From the human T2T-CHM13v2.0 reference genome, Homo sapiens, in the NCBI RefSeq assembly GCF_009914755.1, contig NC_060926.1: 64,000 bases of DNA; one strand, 5' to 3'. This document shows, piece after piece, positions 20,333-38,160 of this stretch (position 1 is its first letter; the number at the start of each line of letters is the position of its first letter). The position numbers and the translations under genes are program-made. Under the pieces are notes generated by a model. It had not been told where the DNA came from. It did no database searches and saw nothing but the letters and a program-made list of their open reading frames with translations.

Positions 20333-20913
20333 CACTAAGGAGCTATTATTTAATATCTGATTTAGTCTTCATAATAATCCTGCAAGTGAAGTATCATCAT
20401 CCCCATTTCACAGTGTGGAGGGCTCAGGACAGCTGAGTCCCACACTGAAGGTCACCGTTGTGATAGAGAGTGAGCTGGGAATTCATCCCTGTCCCTTTGG
20501 TGGAGCCACCATTATCCTGATCTGTGCTCATGGAATCCCTGACACTGGATCTGGGGTATAACAAGAACCGTGGCCAGGAATGGATGACTTTGCAAGCATG
20601 TGTGTGTGCAGAAGGAGACAGGAAGGGGCTCCCGTGGTTTTGCTTGGGGCCCTGTGGTTGGATGTGGGAGCCCAGGTTGGGTGGCTGTGTGTCCATGAGC
20701 CCCTAAAGTCCACAGCCTCACTGGCAGAGCACCTCCTACTTCTGGGACTGCCTTGGGGCTGGAGGAGCCTCTGTGACTGCACCATGTCTCCAGGTTGTCA
20801 TCCCTTGGGAATGGTCCTGCTTATCGCCTCTGTGAAGCTGCCTCCTAACTGTAGCCCATTGAGATCTTTGCCTTTTCCAACTCTAACCACACCAGTTTGT
20901 AACCCATACTTAA

Positions 20914-21751
<838 letters not shown>

Positions 21752-22551
21752 TTAATAAGGGCTTATGTTCATTCTTGTATTGCTCTCTAAACTTTGTTCC
21801 TTGTCACAGAAGAAAAATAGTCACCCCTTTTGAGGCCAGAGACCTGGGTTACACTTTTTTTGTACACAACCCTTCCTAAATAGAGCACTAGATTCAACTA
21901 TTGACTGACAAAGTACATTTTTAGTGGACACTCAGAGCTTCTGTAAGAGTCAGCTAAGAATAATTGGTATGAACAGCTGTTCTCATAGAAGAGGAAAAAG
22001 AGAAGGACAAACCCCTCAAACTCAGTTTTATGATTCCGGAACGAATGAAAGTGTGCTGTGTATCCGTTTTTATTTATTTATTTATTTACTTACTTATTTA
22101 TGAGACTGGGGTCAAGGTCCCACCAGCACTCAGGCTGGAGGGCAGTGGCATGATCACAGCTAACTGCAGCCTCAACTTATTGGGCTCCAGTGATCTTCCT
22201 GTCTCAACCTCCCGGCTAGCTGGGACTACAGGTGCATGCCACAATGCATGACTCATTTTAAAATTTTTATTATGTAGAGTCAGAGGTCTTGCTTTCTTGC
22301 CCAGGCTAGTCTGGAACTCCTGGCCTCAAGAGACTCTTCTGTCTTGGCCTCTCAAAGTTCTGGGATTATAGGCAAGAGCCACCATGCCTGGCCTGTATCT
22401 GTTTTTAAATGCAGCCAGCAGAGCTTTAAGGGGAACCCTACCCCGCTTTGCCCAACACACACTTTCAGCTATCATTTCTGTCATTCTCATCCTAACTTCT
22501 GGGGTGTAGCTAGTTTTCTAGCACCTCCTTTGAAAACTGGGGGTGCCTTAG

Positions 22552-22889
<338 letters not shown>

Positions 22890-23096
22890 TAGGCCTCCCA
22901 AAGCGCTGGGATTACAGGCATGAGCCACCCTGTGCCCAGCCTATTTTATCCTTTTAATGATCATAATTTAAAATAGCATATAGAATTATAATTCAAATCC
23001 TGTAGGGGTTTTCTCTTTTTTCAACTTTGTGAATCATTTTGTTTTATTTTCTTTTTCTGACCACATTTTCTTTTTTGTGTGAGTGATTAAAAAAAA

Positions 23097-24721
<1,625 letters not shown>

Positions 24722-24934
24722 TATTTACGCCATATTTACCCAGACTGTGGTCCGCAAGCAGAATGTGTGTGGAGAGAGGTTGCCGGGATCACTCAAGGAA
24801 AATGGAAAAGACTGTTTTTCTTTTCATTGAAAATCCTCCTCAGGAGGTACTCAAAGGCTGGTAACTTGCAAAGAAGTCTTTCTGAAGCAACAAGATTTCT
24901 GAGCTGACTTGTTCCCTGGCTCACGGCAAGGATC

Positions 24935-25155
24935 AGTCATGTCATGGAAGATGGTACCTCCAATGTGAGAACCACTAGCCACAGGAGGCTACTGAAATTT
25001 AAATCAATTAAAGTGAAGTCAAATCAAATATTCATTTCTTCAGTTGCATTAGCTACATTTCAAGTGCTCAATAGCACATGTGACTAGTGACTGCTATGCT
25101 GGATGAGCTGCTATAGGGCACTTCCATCATCCCAGAATGTTCTACTGGACAGTGT
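24935..25155. mobile_element. MER3 (hAT-Charlie)
   Basis: ccactagccac...gcattagctacatttcaagtgctcaatagcacatgtgactagtg...ttccatcat...ttctactggacagtg. Confidence 0.7.
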
Positions 25156-25659
25156 TATTCTAAGGCAAACCACTCAGCAGAGGCTGCCTAACTGGTCCCA
25201 GCAGTGGTGAGCTGCACTGTGGCTCCAGGACCCCTAGTGAGGCTAGAGTGAGTATACATGAATAATGCTACATGTATAGTGCAGGTTTGGCCATTGGAAT
25301 GAACACTTAATGACACTTTCAACTAACACTTATTTCTTAAACATAGCACTTAGTTATATGTTATTCCAACAAGCATCAGAAACCCCAGTACTGTGCAAGA
25401 CACAATTTCTGTCCCTTGGAGTTCATAACCTTCAAGTTGAGGTAGGAAATAAATAATAATAAGCTGTGATAAGCTGAAAAGTGGGCATTTGCCAAGGGGC
25501 AATAGATATTTTGGAGAAAGGGATCAAGGAAGATTCTCAAAGAAAGGGATATGTGGGCAGTTTAAAAGAGTGGCTAGAAATTTGTTAATATGTGGGGCCT
25601 GGATGCGGTGGTTCACACCTGTAATCCCAGCACTTTGGGAGGCCAAGGCGGGTGGATCA

Positions 25660-25902
<243 letters not shown>

Positions 25903-26029
25903 TTATTAATAGGCTGGGGGAAATGTCCAAAATAGAAGAAACTGCAGAACACTTTGGAGAACAGTAATATGTTTGGTGTGGCCGGGCGGGGTGGCTCACG
26001 CCTGTAATCCCAGCACTTTGGGCGGATCA

Positions 26030-26215
<186 letters not shown>

Positions 26216-26301
26216 CTACAGCCTGGCGACAAAGCAAGACTCCATCTCAAAAAAAAAAAAAAAAGTTTGGTGTTAGAGGAATGTGGAGCAGGAATGAGAA
26301 T

Positions 26302-26450
26302 GGCAAGACCAGCCACCACATTTGCAGGGCCTGTGCAAAATGCAAACGTGGAGACCCTTTTGCTCAAAAATTATTCAGAATTTCAAGATGGAGACAGGTG
26401 AGCATTAAATCCAGTGAGCACACAGGTTGTGTGCTCATGAACCAAGCTAT
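26302..26450 (+). mobile_element. MER91-like hAT fragment
   Basis: catttgcagggcctgtgcaaaatgcaaacgtgg...ctcaaaaattattcagaatttcaagatgg. Confidence 0.55.
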
Positions 26451-27614
26451 CCTGGTGGCAGGAGATGAAGTTAAAGAGAAAGGTAGGCCCATATTATCAA
26501 AGGCTTTCCCATTCATGCTCTGGAGCTTGGGCTGTGTCCTGAAGGTGGCAGAGCCATAAGAGATTCTTAACCTGGGGTAAGGCAAGATCGGGCTTGCATT
26601 TTTACAAAGACTGTGTTGGGGGCAGCACGGAAGAAGCTGGCAGGAAGGCTGGCTCAGAAGTGATTGGAATGGTCTGGAGAGAGAGGATGAGAACAGGAGG
26701 ATGTCCCACTCTCCATGGGACAGAGAGGCGCTGGGGCTCTGAGAGCTATGTAGGTGGTGAACTTGATGCCAGGCCCCAGCTTGGAGAGTGTACGTGCAGC
26801 CAGCTGCCTCCTGTTGAGATTTCTTGTGCCTCCTTTGCAAGCTCTGGAGTCTTTGGGTTCCCATTACCCACACAGGACAAAGGCCAATGGTGCAGGGACA
26901 GTGGGAAGGGCTGATGCCACACTTGCCACAAACCCCTTGCCAGGAACTCTTTCAGGAATCCCCTTATTCTGTTTTCCAAGACCCTTTGGACTTTCCAAAA
27001 CTCTTTGGAAAACAGAGTAAATCTAAGGAGAGCCAAAGAATGCCCCCTCTCCTCTCCAGCCCTGGAAATACAGCATTTAGAGGAAGCTAAATCATTGTCG
27101 CTTCAATAACCCCTCCCCTGGATTTGCATTTCCTGACTTGGATATTTGTGACATTCCAGGGGTCATTATCAGAAGGTTTCACTTTTCATTTCCTGGTGGA
27201 ATCAGGACGTGCCCCTTTTGCGGGGAGTGGTGGTGGTGAGGGAGCCGGTGTGCAATGAGGTGTCTGCCAAGAGCACAGGGCAATTCCACAACACAGCAGA
27301 GAGGGGTGAAAAGGAAGTGAACGTGCCCTCCTCCACTACCAGACAAAAAGGGAAACCGGTGTGTATTCAGTGCCAGGACTCCTCCCTTTTGATAAAATCT
27401 CTCTCCTAATCCTCATTACAATGCCTGAAGGTGTGCATAACGAGCCTTTTACACATGAACGCACTCAGGCTCTCCCAGGACTGGAGCTACCTGCCCATTG
27501 TCACTTGTTGACGGGATGTGGATTAGAACTCTGGTCTTCTCATTTCCGGATGGCTGCCCCATCCCCAGCTGCCCCTCCCAGCTGGAGTCAGTGCCTAGGA
27601 ACAACCATGGGTCA

Positions 27615-27776
<162 letters not shown>

Positions 27777-28899
27777 TCAAAAAAAAAGGAAGAGGTGCAA
27801 TAGTGAGACAGACCATCTTGGGTAAATTCCGACTGTCTTGTTTCTAAGATGAGGGAGACTTTATTTGAACCTTGCAAGGAGCGGACGTCTCCATTAGCTT
27901 ATTTGTTTTGTTTTGTTTTTTGAGATGGAGTCTCACTTTGTTGCCCAGGCTGGAGTGCAGTGGCGTGAGTGGCAGTGGAGTGCAGTGGTGGCTCGCTGCA
28001 ACCTCCGCCTCCTGGGTTCAAGCAATTCTCCTGCCTTAGCCTACTGAGTAGCTGGGATTACAGGCACGCGCCACCACGCCCAGCTAATTTTTAACTTCTT
28101 AGTAGAGTCGGGGTTTCACCATGTTGGCCGGGCTGCTCTTGAACTCCTGACCTCAGGTGATCTGCCTGCCTCGGCCTCCCAAAGTGCTGGGATTACAAGT
28201 GTGAGTCACCGTGCCCAGCTCCATTAGCTTATTTGTAAAAAAGAAATGAAGAAGTAAAAGCTAGGAGTCTGGTCTGACCCAGAGAGAGGGAAAGGGGAGG
28301 CATAGTTAACGCATTTGAGGGAAAATAAGAAACACAAGCAACAGAGTGAAGCAGGTATAAGTTGTGAATGGGCTGCACTGGGCTAGGTTGTTGGAAGAAA
28401 TTTTTAAAGAAAAATGTATGAATATGCTTGTAAGTCTGAGTTGGTGAGGTAATTCTGGACTTTCTAGAAATGTGGGGATATGGTGGGGGCAAGTGGGAGA
28501 GGGAGAATGAACTTGGCCATTTATGAGATCAGCCTGACTTCAGGGTGGCTCCCTTGCCCACAGATCGTTCCCTGTACCTTGAGCTCTAACAAGCAGGGGC
28601 CACATCTGATTGTTGTAGGGATCTTGGGGGAGGAAGAGAGAGGGGAGAACATTGGGAGAGAAGTCGTGTTTTCCAGCAGAAGGGATATCTGTGCAGATGC
28701 TCGGAGGAGAAGGCTGCTTTCTCAGGTCAATCGCTCATTTAAACTGGGATCTTAATTTTACGGATAGGAAAAGATCTCCTAGACATAAAAGTTTTGCTGA
28801 CAGAAAAAGTCTACTACCCATGGGCTCTGGATGAAAGGCCTGGGCCTCTGCGGGTATCTTCCGGGCTGCAAAAAGGGCTAGGCTGCTCGAAAAGTACTT

Positions 28900-29900
28900 G
28901 AAACAAATAAAACAGTGACTCTAAAACACACCCATATGTCACATTCTTAGAGAAAAGACCTTCTGTAATTAGTTACAAGCTTTAGAGAATAAAATCCAAT
29001 TTACCTGTCAAAGAGAAAGGCTGAATTGCACCCCTCCCACACTGATTGTTGGGGTGGGGGGGGATATAGCTTGTAGGCCCCTCCCTCCCTATCCCCTACC
29101 TTTCTCCTCCCATCTCCTTTATTGAAGAAGACTGAAAAAAAAGTTGGAAAAATCCTCTAAAGACACACAGTGTTCCAAGCACAATCAGACCACTAATTAC
29201 TGTTAAGCTTGAGCCCCTTTTTGTGCTCTGAGGGGGACTTCGGTGTGCAGCAACCACTCGGGTCTTTTCTTGAGTCCGGGCTAACTCCTGAATAGCAGAT
29301 TTTTCTTTTCTTCCCCTTTCAACGTTTGCTTGCCAGTGCCTTTCTTTTCCTTCATCTTCATCTTCACCTTCTCCTTTTTCCTTTTCTTTTTTTTTTTTTT
29401 TGTGCTTTTTTCCCCCTTCTCCCCCCACCCCCACCCCCGCCCTGCCCTGCCACCCCGTTTTTTTGTGTTTTTTTTTTTTGTTTTTTTTTTGCTTTTGGCT
29501 TTTCTGATAGCATTTTTCTTCTGGCGTTGTGTTTTAAATCTCTAAATGAAACTTGACTGTCCCCACGGCCGGTTGGAGAAGCACAAAGGCCTCCCATTCC
29601 ACTGGCTACAGTAACGCCATTGTGTATCCTAACAATGCACTAATTGGCGGTGACAATTGTGGAGCTGGGGAGGAAGAAGGGGGCCGCCTTTTCCAATCAG
29701 GGAGCCACCGAAATAAAAGGAGAGGAGGAGAAGGAGGAGGAGGACGGGAGGCCCAGGTTCCTGATAGAGAGGGGGAATAGACCCACAGAGGGGGTGCAGG
29801 GCTCTGGTTTGTACTGGGCTTTCTAAATGAATAATAAAAACAAAGGAGAAAATCTTTATTTTGGAAAAAAAAATATAGATTTTTGCCACAGTCAGCTTTA
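28900..29900. promoter_or_regulatory. Candidate enhancer/promoter-like element
   Basis: No recognisable interspersed repeat; clustered SOX, homeodomain, MEIS and CCAAT motifs; long pyrimidine and C-rich tracts; several non-Alu CpGs. Confidence 0.5.
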
Positions 29901-31070
29901 GACCCCTGGTAGCGGGGATGGGTGAACACCCCTCCAGGACAAGTCTGTGGGAAGGGGGGCCTGAACAGAGCTGACTTCCACAGCCAGCGCTCCTGGGTCT
30001 CTGCAAGCTGACGGAAAAGTGGGAGAGGCTGGTGAGAAAAGGCTCCAGGGAAAGTTCTCGGCAGGATGGTTGAAGGTCAGGATGTTGAGAGGCGTGGGGA
30101 AGTCCCCATTTCAACCACATTTCCGAATGGGGGGCAAGGCAGACAGGGTAAGGGTTTTGTCATTTATTTTATGGTATATTAGACTCCCAGGAAGTCCAGG
30201 AGATGTGAGAGGCTAATCTGACCTTTAAAATGACCCTAAAGAGGAGTGGGGTTGGATGGTAGATAAGAGCAAATTGGTGGCCAGATCATGCTGCTGGGGC
30301 TCAGGGCCTGCTGGAGAATGCCTGAGAAGCCCTGCAAGGTCACCTGGAGTCTCAGAGCTTTCTAGTTCCAGCCTATGCCCTCCTTCACACACAGTGACTC
30401 CCCTTCCCAGACCAGCCTCAAGTGTGCCCTCTCCCGGGGTAGCCGTGAGTACCCGGCCTAAAAATATTTTTTTTTTGTAGAGACAGGGTTTCATCACATT
30501 GCCCAGGCTGGTCTTGAACTCCTGAGCTCGGGCGATCTGTCCCCCTTGGCCTCCCGAAGTGTTAGGATTCCAGGCATGATCCACCACACCCAGCCTGTGC
30601 CTTTAAATTTCATTTCATGAATATTTAATACTCTAAACTCAAATACTCATCCAATAGAAGAGCTAAATAAAGAGCACTTGAATCCTAAAATTGTTTGGTG
30701 GGGGCAGCACTGGAGACAGGTCAGGAATTGGCTCAGGATGCCTTGGGTCTCAATGTGGTGCCAGGGAACAGAGAGGCACTTTTGCACCCTGAGGTTCTCT
30801 TTCCACTCAGCTCTGTAGGAACCGACCCTACTTCTTGAGTAGATCCTTTCAATTAGTCAAGTTATTCAACACCCTTGCTAAGTCCCTGTTACTGTGTCAG
30901 CAATGCAGCAAGCTCCTGAAGGAGGATGTCATCTCCATTAAAGAAAAAAAAAAAAAAGAAAGCTTTCCTGGCCCTGTTTGAGCTTTGTGAATACAGAGGC
31001 CAGGAATGGTGCACCCTCGCAGGGTTCACTCTTTTTTTTTTTTTTTTTGAGACGGAGTCTCGCTCTGTAG

Positions 31071-31211
<141 letters not shown>

Positions 31212-31370
31212 TAGTAGAGACGGGGTTTCACCATGTTAGCCAAGATGGTCTTGATCTCCTGACCTCGTGGTCTTCCCACCTCGGCCTCCCAAAGTGCTGG
31301 GATTACAGGCGTGAGCCACCACGCCCGGCCTAGGGTTCACTCTTGTTTTTTGTTCTTTGTTTTTTTCTGA

Positions 31371-31511
<141 letters not shown>

Positions 31512-32011
31512 TGACTAATTTTGTATTTTTAGTAGAGACGAGGTTTCTCCATGTTGGTCAGGCTGGTTTTGAACTCCTCACCTCAGGTGATCTGCCTGCC
31601 ACAGCCTCCCAAAGTGCTGGGATTAAAGGTGTGAGCCACTGTGCCCGGCTCACTCTTGTTGAATGTTCATGCTGCTGTGTCTATTGAGTGCATAGGCCAG
31701 GTGAGATTGCAAAAACATAGAGCCAGGAAGGAAATCGTAGTGAGAAATTGTGCAAGAAAGCCATTGGGTCAGAAACCATGTCTGGCTAACTTAAAGAGAG
31801 AACTATTTGTTGCACAGTTCATACAATTTAAGGAATAAAAAAATCAGGTCTTTGGAAGAAGAGAATTCAGGCAGTTTCAATGGAGCAGAAACCAACGGAC
31901 AACCTCTTCAGAGGCTGTAGTCAATGCATGTGCTTAGCGCTCACAAGATTCAAATTCCTGCTGGCCAAGCTTGAGCTATGGGTCCCCCCCCGAAGGACTT
32001 AACTTTGCTGA

Positions 32012-32524
<513 letters not shown>

Positions 32525-34858
32525 TGACACAATTAGATACATTTGATTTGGAACTGAGATGATAGAAGGAATTATTATCCATTTGTTGAGGTGTGTAATG
32601 GCATTGTGACTGCACAGGAGAAAAAAACATTTTTTAGATGCATACTGAGGGATGTGGGGATAAAATGTCATTATATCTGGGATTTGCTTTGTAATATTTC
32701 CTCAGAGAAGTAGGAAAAAAAAAACAAGAGTAGATAAAACAAGGTGAAAAACTGAATAAACCTTATTTTTGAAAATATCCACTGAAAACATCTTGTGTGG
32801 ACTACATTTGAGCTGTTTCGCTGCCTGGGGGACTGGTTTTTGGCAATTTTGGTAGCACTAGTTTCTGGGGTTTGTCCACACACACTGACCACAGCATTGG
32901 CATTTGGCACAGTCTGTCAGCTGGTGTCTGGCCTCTGATTTCCCCTTGTCGTGGAATTAAACACACGTGAGCAGGAGCTACTCCCTGAGGCATCGGCTGT
33001 CAGGCATCTCTTCCGAGCACTATGGCTGCCCACAGCTGCTTCCTAGGTTGCCTCACTCATGGGCAGCAGTGAGAAAGCCATTTGGGACAGTTGACCCAGT
33101 TTAGAATTCAAATTCACTCCCTGTCTATGCAATTGGAATTTATTTCCTCTGCAAAAGGCTTGAATCTCAGAGCAAAATACCTGTAGCTGGGCTTGGGTGT
33201 GCATGTGGTGATCCTAATGGAGAAAAACCCTGGTTTATCTTCCTAACAACGTGTACCTTGCAGTATGCTCAGAGCCTGACATTATTAAGAGTGTGTTATT
33301 ACAATACAGCACAGAATCTCAGGCAATTTGGATGTCCTTGGGCCTAGAATTAATATGTGCTTTGTATAGTCTTATAATTTGGGAGGCAATTTTCCCTAAC
33401 ACAGTGAGAGATGTTCCTTTATACATTTGAGATAATTTAGCTCAGTGTTCATTTGGAAAAATTACTGTGCTAATAGCAGCTCTTCAGCCTCCGAACAACA
33501 GACCATGTTGGGAGAGTCTGGACAAAAGCTGGAGGAATTTCCCCCAGACCAACAGCTGCCTGAGGTTGTATGGCAGGATCTGAAATACTGTATGAACTCA
33601 TGAACACTAGCTGATTTGCTTAAAATCAATACCCCTTAATGGAGGAATATGAAATAAAGGTGGAGAAATAATGAATTTCCACATTGTCCAGGTAAATTGG
33701 ATGTCAGTGCACATAAATCAGAATCTCTACATGTTCAGCTATGGGAACGATCTGTTCTTCCTGCTAGACTTCTCTGCCCAAGCTACAAGAGAATATATGC
33801 AAATGAGGGAGAATAAACTATATCTTTCTCTTAGGTGTGTTTTGTCTCAGGCTTCCTAAGTATTGTGTACCAGGGACCTTTGTTATCGTGGGGGAGGAAT
33901 CTTCTACCCCAGTCATAATCCAATATAATAATGTAATAAATGCAAAACACTTTTTTCTCAATGAGGAATGTGGTTTCCAACGATGCTACTTTGGAACAAG
34001 TCCCAGGTAAAGCCCCAGTAGACCCAAGTTCATTTCTAGTTGCATCCTTGCCCTTTGGCACTTGCTTCCTACACAGACTGATAATCCAGTTATTGCCGCT
34101 GTGGCTGCACCTGATGTGCTCAGCATTGTGGGAATGGAGATAGAATAGCATCTTTGGTAGGAGACTCTGAACTCTTTGGCGAAGTAGTCCATCCATGAGG
34201 AATATTTGTCATTAGTTATTGACCTCATAAAGGGAGGAAAGGGGAAGAATGCCTTTCTAAGTATCTGTTCACCTGTAGCTGGCAGTTGAAGTTGAAAATC
34301 AACAGTTCAACAGATGCCTGGATGTGAATGAACTCTGGTTCATTTTAAAGCCTAGTTCTGGCTGGGCGTAGTGGCTCACGCCTGTAATCTCAGCACTTCA
34401 GGAGGCTGAGGTGGGTGGATCACCTGAGGTCAGGAGTTTGAGACCAGCCTGGCCAACATGGTGAAACCTCCGTCTCTACTAAAAATACAAAAATTAGCCG
34501 GCCTGGCCAGGCGCGGTGGCTCACGCCTGTAATCCCAGCACTTTGGGAGGCCAAGGCGAGCGGATCACCTGATGTTGGGAGGTTGAGACCACCCTGACAA
34601 ACATGGAGAAACCCCATCTCTACTAAAAATACAAAATTAGCCGGGTGTGGTGGCATATGCCTGTAATCCCAGCTACTCGGGAGGCTGAGGCAGGAGGATC
34701 GCTTGAGCCTGGGAGGCGGAGGTTGAGGTGAGCTGGAGATCGTGCCCTTGCATTCCAGCCTGGACAGCAAGAGTAAAACTCCGTCTCAAAAAAAAAAAAA
34801 AAAAAAAAAAAAAAATTAGCCAGGCGTGGTGGCTCATGCCTGTAATCCCAGCTACTCA

Positions 34859-34951
<93 letters not shown>

Positions 34952-35004
34952 TTAAAAAAAAAAAAAAAAGAAAAGAAACAAAAAAAACCTCCCCAAAACC
35001 TTAG

Positions 35005-35423
<419 letters not shown>

Positions 35424-37108
35424 TAAAAACCACCATCCAGAGTGTGAGGTTCACATTCATTGGATTGGCCTCAACTGGGAGCGGACTCTCACATGCATTT
35501 GAGGACCAATCACAGGATAACTGGGAGGAATGAAAAAATGAATGGGAGCATACAGAGCTCTCCTTTTAGGCCAGCTTAGTTGCCTGCAGCTGCGACCTGG
35601 ACACTTCTATTCACTAATGCTCTCTGGCAATGAGATATACTGATAAATACATGCTAATCACACCCTGGAAGAAAATAAAAGGGGTGTAAAGGTAAGGCTT
35701 TATGCAAACAATTGCAGTCCATGAGCAGCAAGTTCCAAAGTGCTGTGACTTTTAGGAAGAAGAGAAGCAACAGCTGTTAACTGCAGGGCAGCTACCGCGG
35801 TTCTTCCTTCCAATTCCTCTTGGCACTGTTCCCACTGTGGACCATCAATACAGCAAACAAATGTTTATTTCAAGGCAACTTGCTTCGTTTAAGCTAGTGG
35901 TTCTTCACCTCCAGAATGCATCGGGTCACCCAGGGAGCTTTTAAAAAATACAAATACTCAAGCCCCATCCGGAGAGATTCTGAGTCAATTGTCTGTGATG
36001 AGGCCCGGAGATTTTGCTTTTATTTCTGTGTTTCGAATGCAGGAACCATGGATTTAAACCATCATGTTGAGCCGTCATCAAAGAACAGGACATGGGAAAC
36101 AATTAAGGGAGATTCAATCATCCTCATCTCCTGAGGATAAGAGATGAACAAAATAGTGTCTCTTTCCACGGTTCTGACACATTTTTGCCTATCTTCTCTT
36201 TGATGTCAGAACTTCCTGGAGTTATCCAGCCTTGCCAGTTTCCTACAACTGGGGGAAAGCTAACCTGTCCTGTGTGATTCATCTGATTATGAATCCAGGC
36301 TCTGACTACATCGTATGTCTAGTTTGGTTCAGTGAAACATTAACCCGTTTCTCTTTATCGTGGATTGTGGCAGGTTTCGTGTGACGACGAAGTCCAGTTA
36401 TTTCTTGGACAGAGTGGGTGTGAGCCCAGGCCGATTTCCTGAGGGTGGAGTGGGAGGGGCCAGGCATAAACTTGTTTAGGTGTGTCTTAGGGTGTAAGGC
36501 TCAGGGTTCATCTTGGTAAATGTTTTACCAGAAGAACCTTTTCTAGTCTCTTTTCCATGTCTTCCTTTGGGAAAGTGAGTTTAAATCGAGCCTTCTAAAG
36601 GTTCCAAGTGGATAGTTGTTGTACCCCTGGCCTTTTGAGTGGGTGAGGGTCAGCCCAGGCATGAGGCCCTGCAGATATTTCTGATCATTTCTCAACTCCC
36701 AGAGAGCTGCCGTTTTGAGGAGGAAGTTTTTCTTTACTCTCCACTCTTTGCTCCTTCTTTGCTCCCAAAATATGGTCCCTGAAGGAAGGACCAACACTTT
36801 TGCCTAGCTGGCCACCTGGCACTTGGCCATCTAATTTGGAGAGTGCAGGAATGGTGAAATGGAATCAGGGCCAGAAGGCTTGGGGAAAAGCTTTGGTGGG
36901 AGAACATCCATGCATGAGCTTTGGCAGCTTTGTCTTGGAACTGAAAGCAATCATGCTTAGATTCAGCAAATAAGGCCCATGACACTACACCTGCATCTTT
37001 TTAAAAGTTACACTACATTTTTCATGAGCATGGAAAGGGCTGATGAGAATATTGTAGGTTGATGAATTGTTTTAAAAGTCTATCTGTAAGATACTTGAGA
37101 TAATTTAA

Positions 37109-37363
<255 letters not shown>

Positions 37364-37528
37364 TGATCTGCCTGCCTTGGGCTCCGCACCTGGCTGTGGC
37401 TCATTTTCAATAAAGCTCAAATCTTGACTTTGAATTAATATATAGGGCTCACCTTGGGCTTTCACCACCCCCTCAAGAGCAGTATTTTAATCAAGTTGTT
37501 ATGAGAAAGGAAAGTATTTTCTGCATTG

Positions 37529-37534
37529 TTTATT
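37529..37534 (-). terminator. Distal polyadenylation signal AATAAA
   Basis: + strand TTTATT at the end of an AT-rich terminal UTR segment. Confidence 0.7.
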
Positions 37535-37995
37535 GAGAGAGAGAGAGAGAGAACTTTATACATTAGGAACTGGTGCACTTAAATTATGTGACAGATGACC
37601 TTAAAAACTAGAGGTATTGTCAACAATACAACTTCAATTTTATATTATTACAGTTACTGATATTTTTAAAATAATGTAAACAAAAATATAGATAAGTTAT
37701 GCCAAAACAAAAGGTAAAATCCAAAAAACAGAAAGAACACATATATAAGTTAGCACATTAGCTACTACAAATAACTTAACACAAAGTGATATAACAGCCC
37801 AGACCCAAAATTTTAGTCATTTCTGTACTGTGTGAGCAGATATAAGAAAAAATGGCATAGACCTGACCCAGGAGCTACAGAACAAGTTTTGCAGAAGTTT
37901 TTTACATCACCACGTTCAATACTCTCCATTTGCAACCTAAGCATTTTCTCTCCTTTAAAAAAAAAAGTATATATATATATTTTTCAAAGAGATGA

Positions 37996-38160
<165 letters not shown>

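Noticed and set aside
26415-26437. 10-bp hairpin TGAGCACACA-ggt-TGTGTGCTCA as a pre-miRNA
   Set aside because: Stem far too short, and it lies inside a MER91-like relic.
26364-27090. Overlapping 88-169 aa non-Alu ORFs
   Set aside because: No recognisable domain or exon structure; consistent with chance in GC-moderate DNA.
29096-29597. Lys/Glu-rich and Phe-rich ORFs
   Set aside because: Produced by low-complexity T/C tracts; no ATG start or splice support.
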